IMG/VR virus record: IMGVR_UViG_3300037484_000335
Span: 1-40,612 of that record
DNA: 40,612 nucleotides
Reading direction: 5' to 3' (one strand)
DNA from: a virus
Taxonomy: Duplodnaviria; Caudoviricetes
Shown here: positions 9,250-16,860 of the stretch, piece after piece
Numbering within the stretch: the stretch's first letter is position 1
How the letters are laid out: each line of letters begins with the position of its first letter
Made by a program: the position numbers and the translations under genes
Notes under the pieces: model-generated
Seen by the model: the letters and a program-made list of their open reading frames with translations, nothing else
The model's database searches: none
What the model was told of the DNA's origin: nothing

Positions 9250-9501
9250 TTATTCTCCTGTGGCTTTGGCGATTGTTGCTAACACGATTCGTAGCATTTC
9301 CTCCCTGTTTTCCGGAAAATTGCTGTCATGGTAGGCGATCACGGCCTGGCAAGCCCGGAGCATGTCGGGCGCTGCGGCGATAAGGCGGGCATTATAGCCA
9401 TTCGCTTCATTCGCGCCACTTGTCATTCTCGCGATTGGTCCACTTTCCGCTCCGATTATTAACAATCCATCAATTTTCCATGGTCCTGGTGTGTGTGTCA
9501 T
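9250..9501 (-). CDS. Conserved phage protein (HTPGPW...NARLIAAAPD family)
   Basis: MTHTPGPW and YNARLIAAAPDML motifs; GGAGGTGG RBS. Confidence 0.75.
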   Translation of the reverse strand: MTHTPGPWKIDGLLIIGAESGPIARMTSGANEANGYNARLIAAAPDMLRACQAVIAYHDSNFPENREEMLRIVLATIAKATGE

Positions 9502-9722
9502 TTTTCCACCTCCAGTCTTGATTGGAAACATGACCGGTTTCGAGTAGAACCATTTATGATCATCCCCCCAAGCGCGCATTCTCCCCTTCTGCGTCCGTGC
9601 CGTGGATAAGATACGCAGTTGAAGCAGTACACGGTTACTGCCGGGGCCACCGCGTCTTTCTTCGGCTCAAAAAGCGCCTTAAAAAGTATGTTTTGGTTTC
9701 TCACCGACCTTCTGGTTCTCAT
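9498..9722 (-). CDS. Hypothetical Cys-rich protein
   Basis: CFNC...C...C; stop overlaps the next start. Confidence 0.5.
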   Translation of the reverse strand: MRTRRSVRNQNILFKALFEPKKDAVAPAVTVYCFNCVSYPRHGRRRGECALGGMIINGSTRNRSCFQSRLEVEK

Positions 9723-9746
9723 TGCCCATTCTCCTTTTTATCATTA

Positions 9747-10682
9747 TCATCTGTATTGTAGGCTGTTTAGGGTGTCAGTCAGTGCCTGCGCTAATCTGTT
9801 CCTCGCTGGCAGGTCCAGGCTGGCCGGGGTTATCTGCTTCAACCCTTTAATAATCGCGTCAACCTTTTTCTGTTTTGGGTGCTTTTCCTGTTTAGGAAAT
9901 AAGAAGTCTTTCGCTTCATGGGTGTTCAACTCACAAGTATTGCTTACCAGTTCGGGTGTCAGTTCTCTCTTAAATCTGAGGAGCAGCTTGATTCTGTGCG
10001 GTCCTAGTTGGTCCCAATATTCCCGCAATAGCGGGGTGCGCCATGCTTTAATCAGGGCGCGACAATACCCGTAGTCGTACCTGATCTTCTCGGAAATGTA
10101 CTGCTTAAATGGTTTGTTGAGCTTCTTGGTGGTCGGGAAAAACTTCGCTTCAATCTCATCTAATAGGTGCGCTATGCTCTGAGCGTTCCGTGTTTCGTCT
10201 GTGATCAATCCATTCAGGCAATCGGTAGCAATTTCCAGTGTTTCAAAAACTGTGGAACGGTTCCATTGTTCCGTCATAGGCATTTCAAATAGCTGGCTCT
10301 TCGCTTCATAAGGCGTGTGTTCGTCCTCTTCGGGGTCGGCCTTGGCCTCGGAGGCGGCAGGGGTCGGGCTTGCCGGTTCTTGAATCCCTACCATTTCCAT
10401 AGGAATTGTCTGGTATGGTTCTTGCTTGTCTTCTGGTTCCTCCTCGTCGTAAAATGGGCGCGTGGGGGCTGGCTCTGGCAAAGGGAGGTCTGGCGGTGGC
10501 TCTTTCGTTCTGCCGGTTTGCCTGGCCTCCCGAGGGTTGGCCTCGATGCACTGGGAAAAGAAGTCGTGCCGGCAAAGGTTAGGATCTGCCAGAATGCACC
10601 GTTGCTTGTTGCGCGGGTCGTGAATGCAGTAGCCCATGCCTCCGCGGTTAATAGGTGGCGTCTTGATTTTGGGGTGTCCCAT
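9747..10682 (-). CDS. Hypothetical protein (Cys-rich N-terminus, acidic Pro-rich linker, helical C-terminus)
   Basis: ORF track; GAGGAGG RBS before ATG 10682. Confidence 0.65.
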   Translation of the reverse strand: MGHPKIKTPPINRGGMGYCIHDPRNKQRCILADPNLCRHDFFSQCIEANPREARQTGRTKEPPPDLPLPEPAPTRPFYDEEEPEDKQEPYQTIPMEMVGIQEPASPTPAASEAKADPEEDEHTPYEAKSQLFEMPMTEQWNRSTVFETLEIATDCLNGLITDETRNAQSIAHLLDEIEAKFFPTTKKLNKPFKQYISEKIRYDYGYCRALIKAWRTPLLREYWDQLGPHRIKLLLRFKRELTPELVSNTCELNTHEAKDFLFPKQEKHPKQKKVDAIIKGLKQITPASLDLPARNRLAQALTDTLNSLQYR

Positions 10683-10821
10683 GTCGTTCCTCCTCTCGGA
10701 TCTGCCTGATAAACCATAGACAGGCTGGGCAAATTCCATGCGATATTGCATCCTCTCCGTTACATGTCTCCTGGGTGTAATTGTAAATAGCGTTACACCC
10801 TAAACAGACTGATAAAATCAC
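10648..10821 (-). CDS. Small zinc-binding protein (CxxC...SHGICxxC)
   Basis: VCLGC...ISHGICPAC, a common small phage protein motif; GGAGG RBS. Confidence 0.6.
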   Translation of the reverse strand: MILSVCLGCNAIYNYTQETCNGEDAISHGICPACLWFIRQIREEERHGTPQNQDATY

Positions 10822-10838
10822 CGTGGCCTCCGGTTCCT

Positions 10839-10934
10839 CTATTTGAGGAGCTGTAAGACGATCAGCCAAAACAGATTGAGTGATGCAAAAATCAGTAACC
10901 CGTAAAATCCTATTGCAAAGAGGGTTTTAGGCAT
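10839..10934 (-). CDS. 31-aa transmembrane peptide
   Basis: MPKTLFAIGFYGLLIFASLNLFWLIVLQLLK; AAGGAG RBS. Confidence 0.5.
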   Translation of the reverse strand: MPKTLFAIGFYGLLIFASLNLFWLIVLQLLK

Positions 10935-11094
10935 GGCGTCGTCTCTCCTTGAATACTTTGTTGTGTGTGGTGCAGCGTTCACAGTACCGAGTCCATTCCT
11001 GCTCGGTCAGTTCTTTTGCAAACTCCCAAGCACTGTTATCCATGCGTCGTAATACATACCTTTTTCCGTCGATCTCGGTCGTCTTGACTTCCAT
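10927..11094 (-). CDS. 55-aa hypothetical protein
   Basis: MEVKTTEIDGKRYVLRR...; GAGGAGG RBS. Confidence 0.55.
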   Translation of the reverse strand: MEVKTTEIDGKRYVLRRMDNSAWEFAKELTEQEWTRYCERCTTHNKVFKERRRHA

Positions 11095-11168
11095 GGTCGT
11101 TCCTCCTCAAATAGATCTATTTGGAGCCTTTCTAGGCCTTTTAACGCCATGCCCGGGGCGTGGGGGGA

Positions 11169-12266
11169 TTATTGTATGGTGTTGAGAATTACTTCATCTA
11201 AGATGCCTCCGATAGGGGCGGGCGGTGGTGTGATAGGCATGTAAACCGTTCTCGCTTCCATGGCGGGGGCACTTGATGTTGCCTCAATGATCACGTCCAG
11301 CGCTTTTTCTTTCAGGCTGGCTGCATTCCCAAAGAGCGCGTTTTCTGCCCGGATTGCGTTGTCTGCCATGCCTTCACGCCGGTCAGTTTTTCTGAAGGAT
11401 GCCTTGTGGTCCGTGTATTCTGTGATTGCGTTCAAGAGGTTGTAGGCGCTGCCTTTGATTTGCGGGATGGCGTTTCCGTCGTTCGAGTCAAAGAGGTTCG
11501 CTACTTCGAGGACTTGATTTTTAATCCTGGCGCTGTTCTCGTAGTCGCCAAAAACCCTTTTCATCACATTGTCAAAGGTTTCCTTGGTGACTTTCCGTCG
11601 CGCAAGCTCGTTGAATTTCTGGGCTATACCCTGAATGTTCTGCGCCGCGCCTTGTACCAGGTTCTTTGCTGCTTCCAGCCGGTCTTTCGCGTTCGTGGTA
11701 TGCTTTACCCTTACGAAGTCACCCTTCGCATTCAGGGCTTGTGTAAGGGTATTATTACAGACCACACGGACGGTCGTTAACTTACAGGTGGCGGCAAGGC
11801 TGCCGTCGTGGGATGTGGTAAACAGTAAATAGTGTTCGCTTATGTCGTTGGTGCCGTCGATGCGGGTTTGTCCGTTGATCTTTGCAAGACACCAGATTTT
11901 TTCTCCGTTTCCGAGGGCTCCGGCGGCCTCGTAATGGGCGCTGCTTTCCGCTTCCAGGATCGCGTCGACAAAATCAAAGGCAAACTTATTTTGCAGAGGG
12001 GTATATTGTTCTCCGACGCTACCCAAAAAAACTTTGTCTCCTGGGGTATCTCCGTCCCTGAAAATCCCGTATGTCTGGAGGGGTTTTCCGGTATAAGGAG
12101 AGAGCAGGGCGCTTTTTTCGACGTTCCATGTCAAGGATGCCTTCCGCATGGCCTCTTCCCAAGTCAAAGCACCCTCGACCACTTCTCCGAGGTGATGCCA
12201 TGCCGGTTTGTTGCTTCCGTAAACTGCCGCGTGCTTCCCGTTGATAAATGCAATGTTGTGGGCCAT
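11169..12266 (-). CDS. DUF932/DUF945-family phage/plasmid protein (TIGR03299-like)
   Basis: PAWHHLG, YTPLQN, AGALGNGEKIW, TSHDGS, VRVVCNNTL and LLNAITEY motifs. Confidence 0.85.
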   Translation of the reverse strand: MAHNIAFINGKHAAVYGSNKPAWHHLGEVVEGALTWEEAMRKASLTWNVEKSALLSPYTGKPLQTYGIFRDGDTPGDKVFLGSVGEQYTPLQNKFAFDFVDAILEAESSAHYEAAGALGNGEKIWCLAKINGQTRIDGTNDISEHYLLFTTSHDGSLAATCKLTTVRVVCNNTLTQALNAKGDFVRVKHTTNAKDRLEAAKNLVQGAAQNIQGIAQKFNELARRKVTKETFDNVMKRVFGDYENSARIKNQVLEVANLFDSNDGNAIPQIKGSAYNLLNAITEYTDHKASFRKTDRREGMADNAIRAENALFGNAASLKEKALDVIIEATSSAPAMEARTVYMPITPPPAPIGGILDEVILNTIQ

Positions 12267-12377
12267 GGTCTTTTCCTCCCGTTCTCGGTAGCCTTTTAAG
12301 TGTCAATCCTCTATCGGGTGATTGCAGAGGGGCTAATTCTCCCGGGCCGTTATCGGGTTGGCCTCCCTTATGTTGTG

Positions 12378-12509
12378 TTAGTCTCCGATTATTGCTCTTG
12401 CTGTAGCCACTGCGTTTATCGCCCACTGTTGCCCGGTTTGATATGCTTCGCTCGTTTGGGCCATCTGTAAAAGCTCTAAAATGAGTTGGTCTAAGGCTGC
12501 CTTGTCCAT
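12378..12509 (-). CDS. 43-aa hypothetical protein
   Basis: MDKAALDQLILELLQMAQ...; GGAAGG RBS. Confidence 0.45.
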   Translation of the reverse strand: MDKAALDQLILELLQMAQTSEAYQTGQQWAINAVATARAIIGD

Positions 12510-12511
12510 GG

Positions 12512-12655
12512 TTACCTTCCTTCCTGGGACTTGATAGCAGCTGCCTGGCTATGCAGCCGATAAGGGGTTCTGAGGTTCGGGTGCTTACGTTCGAGCCGCT
12601 TAATCTCCTGGTCTAACCTGCGCTCCCATGTCGGTTTTGTGTTGCGTGCTCTCAC
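12512..12655 (-). CDS. 47-aa basic hypothetical protein
   Basis: GTG start with AAGGAGG RBS; MRARNTKPTWERRLDQEIKRLE... Confidence 0.45.
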   Translation of the reverse strand: MRARNTKPTWERRLDQEIKRLERKHPNLRTPYRLHSQAAAIKSQEGR

Positions 12656-12681
12656 CTGGTCTGCCTCCTTGTGATGTGGCA

Positions 12682-12867
12682 TTAAATCACTCTGTAATCG
12701 GGGTTAAGTGCCGTTAACTCCTTGATCACTTCTTCCCTTGTCATCCTGGCTGTGTAGGCGGTCGGGATCACGGTCGTTCCGAAGAGTGCGCGAACCTCTT
12801 CGTTCCCCTCAAAGTCTGCCATCCAGCCATCCCGAAACAACCAAATCTTGATTACCCCTTTTTCCAT
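12682..12867 (-). CDS. Hypothetical protein, first gene of the leftward early operon
   Basis: ORF track; GGGAG RBS. Confidence 0.7.
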   Translation of the reverse strand: MEKGVIKIWLFRDGWMADFEGNEEVRALFGTTVIPTAYTARMTREEVIKELTALNPDYRVI

Positions 12868-12903
12868 GTCTCGCTCCCTTCGTGTTTATTTACTATTAGT
12901 TAA

Positions 12904-12920
12904 AGCAAGTTATATACCAG
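12904..12920 (-). promoter_or_regulatory. sigma54 (RpoN) -24/-12 promoter
   Basis: Minus strand CTGGTATATAACTTGCT fits YTGGCACGNNNNTTGCW with exact GG-N10-GC spacing, ~37 bp upstream of ATG 12867. Confidence 0.7.
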
Positions 12921-12944
12921 ATATTTTACCATTTGTTAAGCCTG

Positions 12945-12957
12945 TAAGTGATTGATA
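12945..12957 (-). promoter_or_regulatory. IHF-binding site
   Basis: Minus strand TATCAATCACTTA = WATCAANNNNTTR; a related copy (TATCAATAGCATA) lies at 13062-13074. Confidence 0.6.
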
Positions 12958-13177
12958 TTGTTAGGTTCGATTATGATGCTGTTTTCACAAAGTCGAGGTT
13001 GGTGACAGATATTAAACAGTTGCCCGTGGATAAACTTGTGGAAATGTACGGTATAAGTCTGTATGCTATTGATATTATACGGTTATTAAATTCAACATTA
13101 AAGGTGGCTCTTTTTAGGCAGGCTGCTTGATTTCTGTCACGTTTATAAACTATGGTACAACTAACTTACCAAGATAG

Positions 13178-13200
13178 ATAGTAGGACAAATAGTAGGACA
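13178..13200. repeat. Tandem direct repeat ATAGTAGGACA x2
   Basis: Exact copies at 13178-13188 and 13190-13200. Confidence 0.85.
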
Positions 13201-13259
13201 TCGTGACCGAGTGGTGGAGTCGTAAACTATACAGTATGGTTATTTATTGATCAACTTGA

Positions 13260-13297
13260 TGGTCTAATGTATTCACTGGTCTAATGGTTAGACCATT
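13260..13297. repeat. TGGTCTAATG x2 plus palindrome AATGGT-TAG-ACCATT (GntR/FadR-operator-like)
   Basis: Copies at 13260-13269 and 13277-13286; palindrome at 13283-13297. Confidence 0.7.
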
Positions 13298-13764
13298 TGA
13301 TCGTCTGTGTCAAAAATCCGTCATAACGCCCCACAGAGCATCCTATGCATTGCATTTTGCAAGGTGACAAAATCGTACATTAAGTTATGTGATATAACCT
13401 GCTCCTGTAGCTCAGCTATATATTCCCCAGTAATCTCGGTATGTTATGGACACCCTACCCGTTTCAATCTCCCGGCTGATCGATCAAACCTTGAAGGGCA
13501 GTTCTCCAAGTAATCCCGTCATGCAACGCTAAACCTCATATTATAGAAATATCCGCAAACACTAATGATTATGGGGACTAATGCGGGCTAAACGTCCAGG
13601 TCAAAGAAAATCCCCTACCCAAACCACGCATATGGGTTGGAAGTCTCGTCAGACGCAATCCTGTGAATCACTGAGGGGTAAATCGTGCCTATCCTATACT
13701 GTCATTCCTGGCAACCATGATCGGGGTTGAATTTACCTGTGGTGAAACGGAGTCGAAACGTGGG

Positions 13765-13793
13765 TTGACAAAAAAATTGGATTGTGGTACAAA
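13765..13793 (+). promoter_or_regulatory. sigma70-type promoter for the replication operon
   Basis: TTGACA-17 bp-TACAAA with TG extension; flanked by operator-like sites at 13732-13747 and 13795-13810. Confidence 0.7.
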
Positions 13794-13852
13794 CTTTGAC
13801 GAATGGTAAATCTGATTTTTGTAAAGCTTGCAACGGAAAGGAGGTGGTTTCT

Positions 13853-14077
13853 GTGATTCCGATTATAAAGAGGGACAGGAAACAGGCAGAGATTGAGTTT
13901 TATCTTGAGCCTGGCGGAGATGACGTAATCGTACTTAAAGCAAGGGACCGTGCATCTCAGTGGATGATTATGCTCATCGGGCCGAGAGGTGTGAATTTCT
14001 GTGAAGGGATTAATGAGGAAAGCGGTATCCCCGTGGACGGGAATGGTTGTATTTTGTTCGACAAAACCTTGACATGA
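13853..14077 (+). CDS. Hypothetical protein
   Basis: GTG start after an AGGAGGTGG RBS. Confidence 0.55.
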   Translation: MIPIIKRDRKQAEIEFYLEPGGDDVIVLKARDRASQWMIMLIGPRGVNFCEGINEESGIPVDGNGCILFDKTLT

Positions 14078-14094
14078 AAGGGGGTGATTGAAGG

Positions 14095-14355
14095 ATGACG
14101 GTTGAAGAACGATTACTGGATTGCCTGAACATCCTGAACCTGGGTGGTACGAACCCTGCCTTAGTGATGAATCCGAAACCGGAAAGGAGATTGGTGGAGG
14201 ACTTTGGTTGTGATTCCTTAGACCTCGTTGAGCTTCGTATTGTGATTGAGGACACGTTTGCCTGTGAGGAGCTTGATAGCGCCACAGACGAGGAATGGGA
14301 AACACTGAAGACCGTTGGGGACGTGATTGAGTTTGTGAGAAAGAAGATTAAGTAG
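14095..14355 (+). CDS. acpP: Acyl carrier protein
   Basis: EDFGCDSLDLVEL..IEDTF and TVGDVIEFV: phosphopantetheine DSL motif in an acidic 86-aa protein. Confidence 0.85.
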   Translation: MTVEERLLDCLNILNLGGTNPALVMNPKPERRLVEDFGCDSLDLVELRIVIEDTFACEELDSATDEEWETLKTVGDVIEFVRKKIK

Positions 14356-14362
14356 GGGAACC

Positions 14363-15235
14363 ATGGGAAGATACCGACAGGTGGACAGCCGTATGTGGAA
14401 TGATGGCAAGGTGAGAGAATTGAGTGATGATGGAAAACTGTTTTTTCTGTACCTGCTTACGTCTCCGCATTCAACGGCATGGGGGGCCTACGTTCTGGAT
14501 GATCTCTATATCCAAGCAGACCTTGGTTTCTCTACGCAGAGGATCAAGAAAAGTTGGGAGGAAATAGTTAGCAAGAAGTTAGCTAACAGGGACGAACAGA
14601 CGAGGTTAGTGTGCTTCCCTAATTGGTTCAGGTATAACCTCCCGAGGAACAGAAAAAGTGCCATTGTTTGTGTAAATGGGATACTTGGTTTGCCAAAATC
14701 CTCAGTGCTTACGATGTTTTGCACTAATTCGGAGTGGGTTAGCGAACAGTTAGCTAACAGGAAGCTAACTCCATGCGAACTATTAGCCAGTGAACAGGAC
14801 CAGGAACAGGAACAGGAACAGGAACAGGAACAGGAACAGGAACAGTTGAAAGATATCTCTCCTCCTCTGGAATCGGAAAAAGAGGAAAAACTAAAACCCA
14901 GGATTCTCCTTGACCTCTACAACCAGTTGTGTCCATATCTACCTAAAGCGAAGGCTTTAACAAAAGAGCGGAGTGCTTCCATTTCTATCCGGGTCAAGTC
15001 TCACCCGGATATCGGATGGTGGAAGGAAGTTTTCACTATGGCAAACGAAGTCTTTATCCCCCCCCACGATGGTCACTCGAACGGATGGAGTCCTGATTTG
15101 GACTGGTTGATCAAGAATGACAGCAATGCGGTGAAGGTTTTGGAGGGTAAATATTCCCCACGAAAGAAACCGGTTCAGGCGAGAGTAACTCAAATAGAAG
15201 ATGACCCCGCTTACCGGGGTGTTCCGAAGGTGTGA
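14363..15235 (+). CDS. Phage replication initiator (replisome organizer)
   Basis: N-terminal RYRQVDSRMWND...LFFLYLLT domain, QE-repeat linker, C-terminal LDWLIK...KVLEGKY; upstream of DnaB. Confidence 0.8.
   Translation: MGRYRQVDSRMWNDGKVRELSDDGKLFFLYLLTSPHSTAWGAYVLDDLYIQADLGFSTQRIKKSWEEIVSKKLANRDEQTRLVCFPNWFRYNLPRNRKSAIVCVNGILGLPKSSVLTMFCTNSEWVSEQLANRKLTPCELLASEQDQEQEQEQEQEQEQEQLKDISPPLESEKEEKLKPRILLDLYNQLCPYLPKAKALTKERSASISIRVKSHPDIGWWKEVFTMANEVFIPPHDGHSNGWSPDLDWLIKNDSNAVKVLEGKYSPRKKPVQARVTQIEDDPAYRGVPKV
14738..14792. repeat. Iteron-like 11-bp phased repeats (putative origin inside the initiator gene)
   Basis: GTTAGCGAACA / GTTAGCTAACA / GGAAGCTAACT / CCATGCGAACT / ATTAGCCAGTG at 11-bp period; a further pair at 14567-14588. 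Confidence 0.6.
14801..14845 (+). repeat. (CAGGAA)7.5 coding microsatellite (QE repeat)
   Basis: Direct observation. Confidence 0.95.
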
Positions 15236-16125
15236 TGGTCTACTACAACGACAACGATCCCTTTGTTTGTTTGTGGCTTCGAGAGTTGATGAAAGACGGT
15301 AGGATTCCGGAAGGCAAGGTAGATGAAAAATCCATCAAAGAAATCCAATCCGACGATCTTACGGGGTTCAAACAATGCCACTTCTTCGCCGGGATCGGAG
15401 GATGGGCATACGCTCTCAAGCTCGCTGGGTGGCCTACAGATGCCCCTGTTTGGACCGGCTCATGTCCCTGCCAACCGCTTTCAGGCGCAGGCAAACGAAG
15501 GGGAGAGAAAGACGAGCGACACCTCTGGCCTGTCTGGTTCAGCCTTATTGAGAAGTGCAGACCTCCAATTATCTTTGGAGAGCAGGTTGCGAGCAATGAC
15601 GGACGTGAATGGCTCTCTGGAGTACGAACTGATTTGGAGTCGTTGGGATATGCCGTTGGGGGTGCCGATTTGTGCGCTGCGGGCGAGGGGGCACCGCAAA
15701 TCAGGCAAAGGCTGTACTGGGTGGCTATCTCCGCAATATGGGGATTACAAGGGACACTCTCCAGGGATTATGCAGGCAATAGAAAGACTAAAATCCCGCG
15801 GGGTTCACAAGCAGATAGGGCTAAGGGATCAAGCCGTGATTATGCTGGCGGGGTGGTGTTCCCCGATGACCCAGGATCACAGCCGGGGGACAAAACCGCC
15901 AAGGCCACAGGATACGGGGATTCCTCTCTCTCAACAAGTTTCTGGTCTAACTCCCTCCTCATCCCCTGTGCAGACGGAAAACAAAGGCGCATACCAGTTG
16001 AACCCGAGATTTTCCCTTTGGCTCATGGGATACCCAATAGGGTGGGCCTCCTGCGGGGAGCGGGTAATTCGATCTGTCCGGAAGTCGCGGCGAAATTTAT
16101 CAGGGCAGTGATGGAGATAGTGTGA
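15232..16125 (+). CDS. C5-cytosine DNA methyltransferase, alpha subunit
   Basis: FFAGIGG (I), GSCPCQP (IV), EQV (VI), QIRQRLY (VIII) and GNSI (X); motif IX not evident. Confidence 0.9.
   Translation: MMVYYNDNDPFVCLWLRELMKDGRIPEGKVDEKSIKEIQSDDLTGFKQCHFFAGIGGWAYALKLAGWPTDAPVWTGSCPCQPLSGAGKRRGEKDERHLWPVWFSLIEKCRPPIIFGEQVASNDGREWLSGVRTDLESLGYAVGGADLCAAGEGAPQIRQRLYWVAISAIWGLQGTLSRDYAGNRKTKIPRGSQADRAKGSSRDYAGGVVFPDDPGSQPGDKTAKATGYGDSSLSTSFWSNSLLIPCADGKQRRIPVEPEIFPLAHGIPNRVGLLRGAGNSICPEVAAKFIRAVMEIV
15440..16111 (+). CDS. C5 MTase beta subunit nested in an alternative frame (start uncertain; frame open from 15323)
   Basis: Long overlapping ORF ending in motif IX-like QLNPRFSLWLMGYPIGW, as in M.EcoHK31I beta. 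Confidence 0.7.
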   Translation: MPLFGPAHVPANRFQAQANEGERKTSDTSGLSGSALLRSADLQLSLESRLRAMTDVNGSLEYELIWSRWDMPLGVPICALRARGHRKSGKGCTGWLSPQYGDYKGHSPGIMQAIERLKSRGVHKQIGLRDQAVIMLAGWCSPMTQDHSRGTKPPRPQDTGIPLSQQVSGLTPSSSPVQTENKGAYQLNPRFSLWLMGYPIGWASCGERVIRSVRKSRRNLSGQ

Positions 16126-16673
16126 TGAAAACTGGCACAAAATCGATTCTCTTTGGTGTCCACCAATTTCTGATCCACCCCGTCACCGTCTTTCTGGCGT
16201 GGGTCTGGCTGTACCGTAAACTCCCGAACTGGAGGGAGTGCGTGTGCATTCTGATCCATGATTGGGGGTATGTCGGCTATGATCAAATGGACTCAAAGGG
16301 CGGGGAAAAACATCCTGAGTATGCCGCAGGGATCGCTTATCAATGGCTGGGGGACTATTACTATCGGCTCTGCCTGTTCCACTCCCGGCACTACGCCCGT
16401 CAAGCTGGTATAGAACCTTCCTTGTTGTGCTGGGCCGACAAGTTCAGTTTGTACTTTGAGAGATGGTGGACCTATCTTCCCCGGGCCCGGTTGAGCGGAG
16501 AGTTGATAGAGTACCGGTTTACCGCTCATGTGTCCGGCCATGTCCATTGGAACGTGCCAGACCGGGAATGGTTTGAGTGGATCAGGGAGAAATCAATCAA
16601 GTGTGCAAGGGCGCGGCGGGGTGATGCGGTGCCGTACATGAATCAGGTGGAGGTGCAGAATGAAAATGGGTGA
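16122..16673 (+). CDS. HD-domain-like phage protein
   Basis: GVHQFLIHP...IHDWG...H...HS...WADK metal-binding residue pattern. Confidence 0.55.
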   Translation: MMKTGTKSILFGVHQFLIHPVTVFLAWVWLYRKLPNWRECVCILIHDWGYVGYDQMDSKGGEKHPEYAAGIAYQWLGDYYYRLCLFHSRHYARQAGIEPSLLCWADKFSLYFERWWTYLPRARLSGELIEYRFTAHVSGHVHWNVPDREWFEWIREKSIKCARARRGDAVPYMNQVEVQNENG

Positions 16674-16860
16674 AGCCAAGATGGGACTTCTTATTCTGAA
16701 GGGTGCAATAACGGACTTGCCCCTGGATGAACAGGTGAGCGTGAAGTCCTGTGCCGACGTATTGCGTGCGTCAATCAAGGCACATGGGGACACTGGCAGA
16801 ATTGCGCTCGCCCTGGTTGGTTTAGAACTTGGTGTGGCCGAAGAGGAGAAAGGGTCATGA
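16660..16860 (+). CDS. Hypothetical protein
   Basis: ORF track; overlaps both neighbours. Confidence 0.55.
   Translation: MKMGEAKMGLLILKGAITDLPLDEQVSVKSCADVLRASIKAHGDTGRIALALVGLELGVAEEEKGS

Noticed and set aside
12948-13513. Short plus-strand ORFs 12948-13130 and 13307-13513
   Set aside because: No RBS or recognisable motifs; the region is better explained as regulatory DNA
14801-14845. CAGGAA repeats as a CRISPR array
   Set aside because: Contiguous hexamers with no spacers; they encode the QE linker of the initiator
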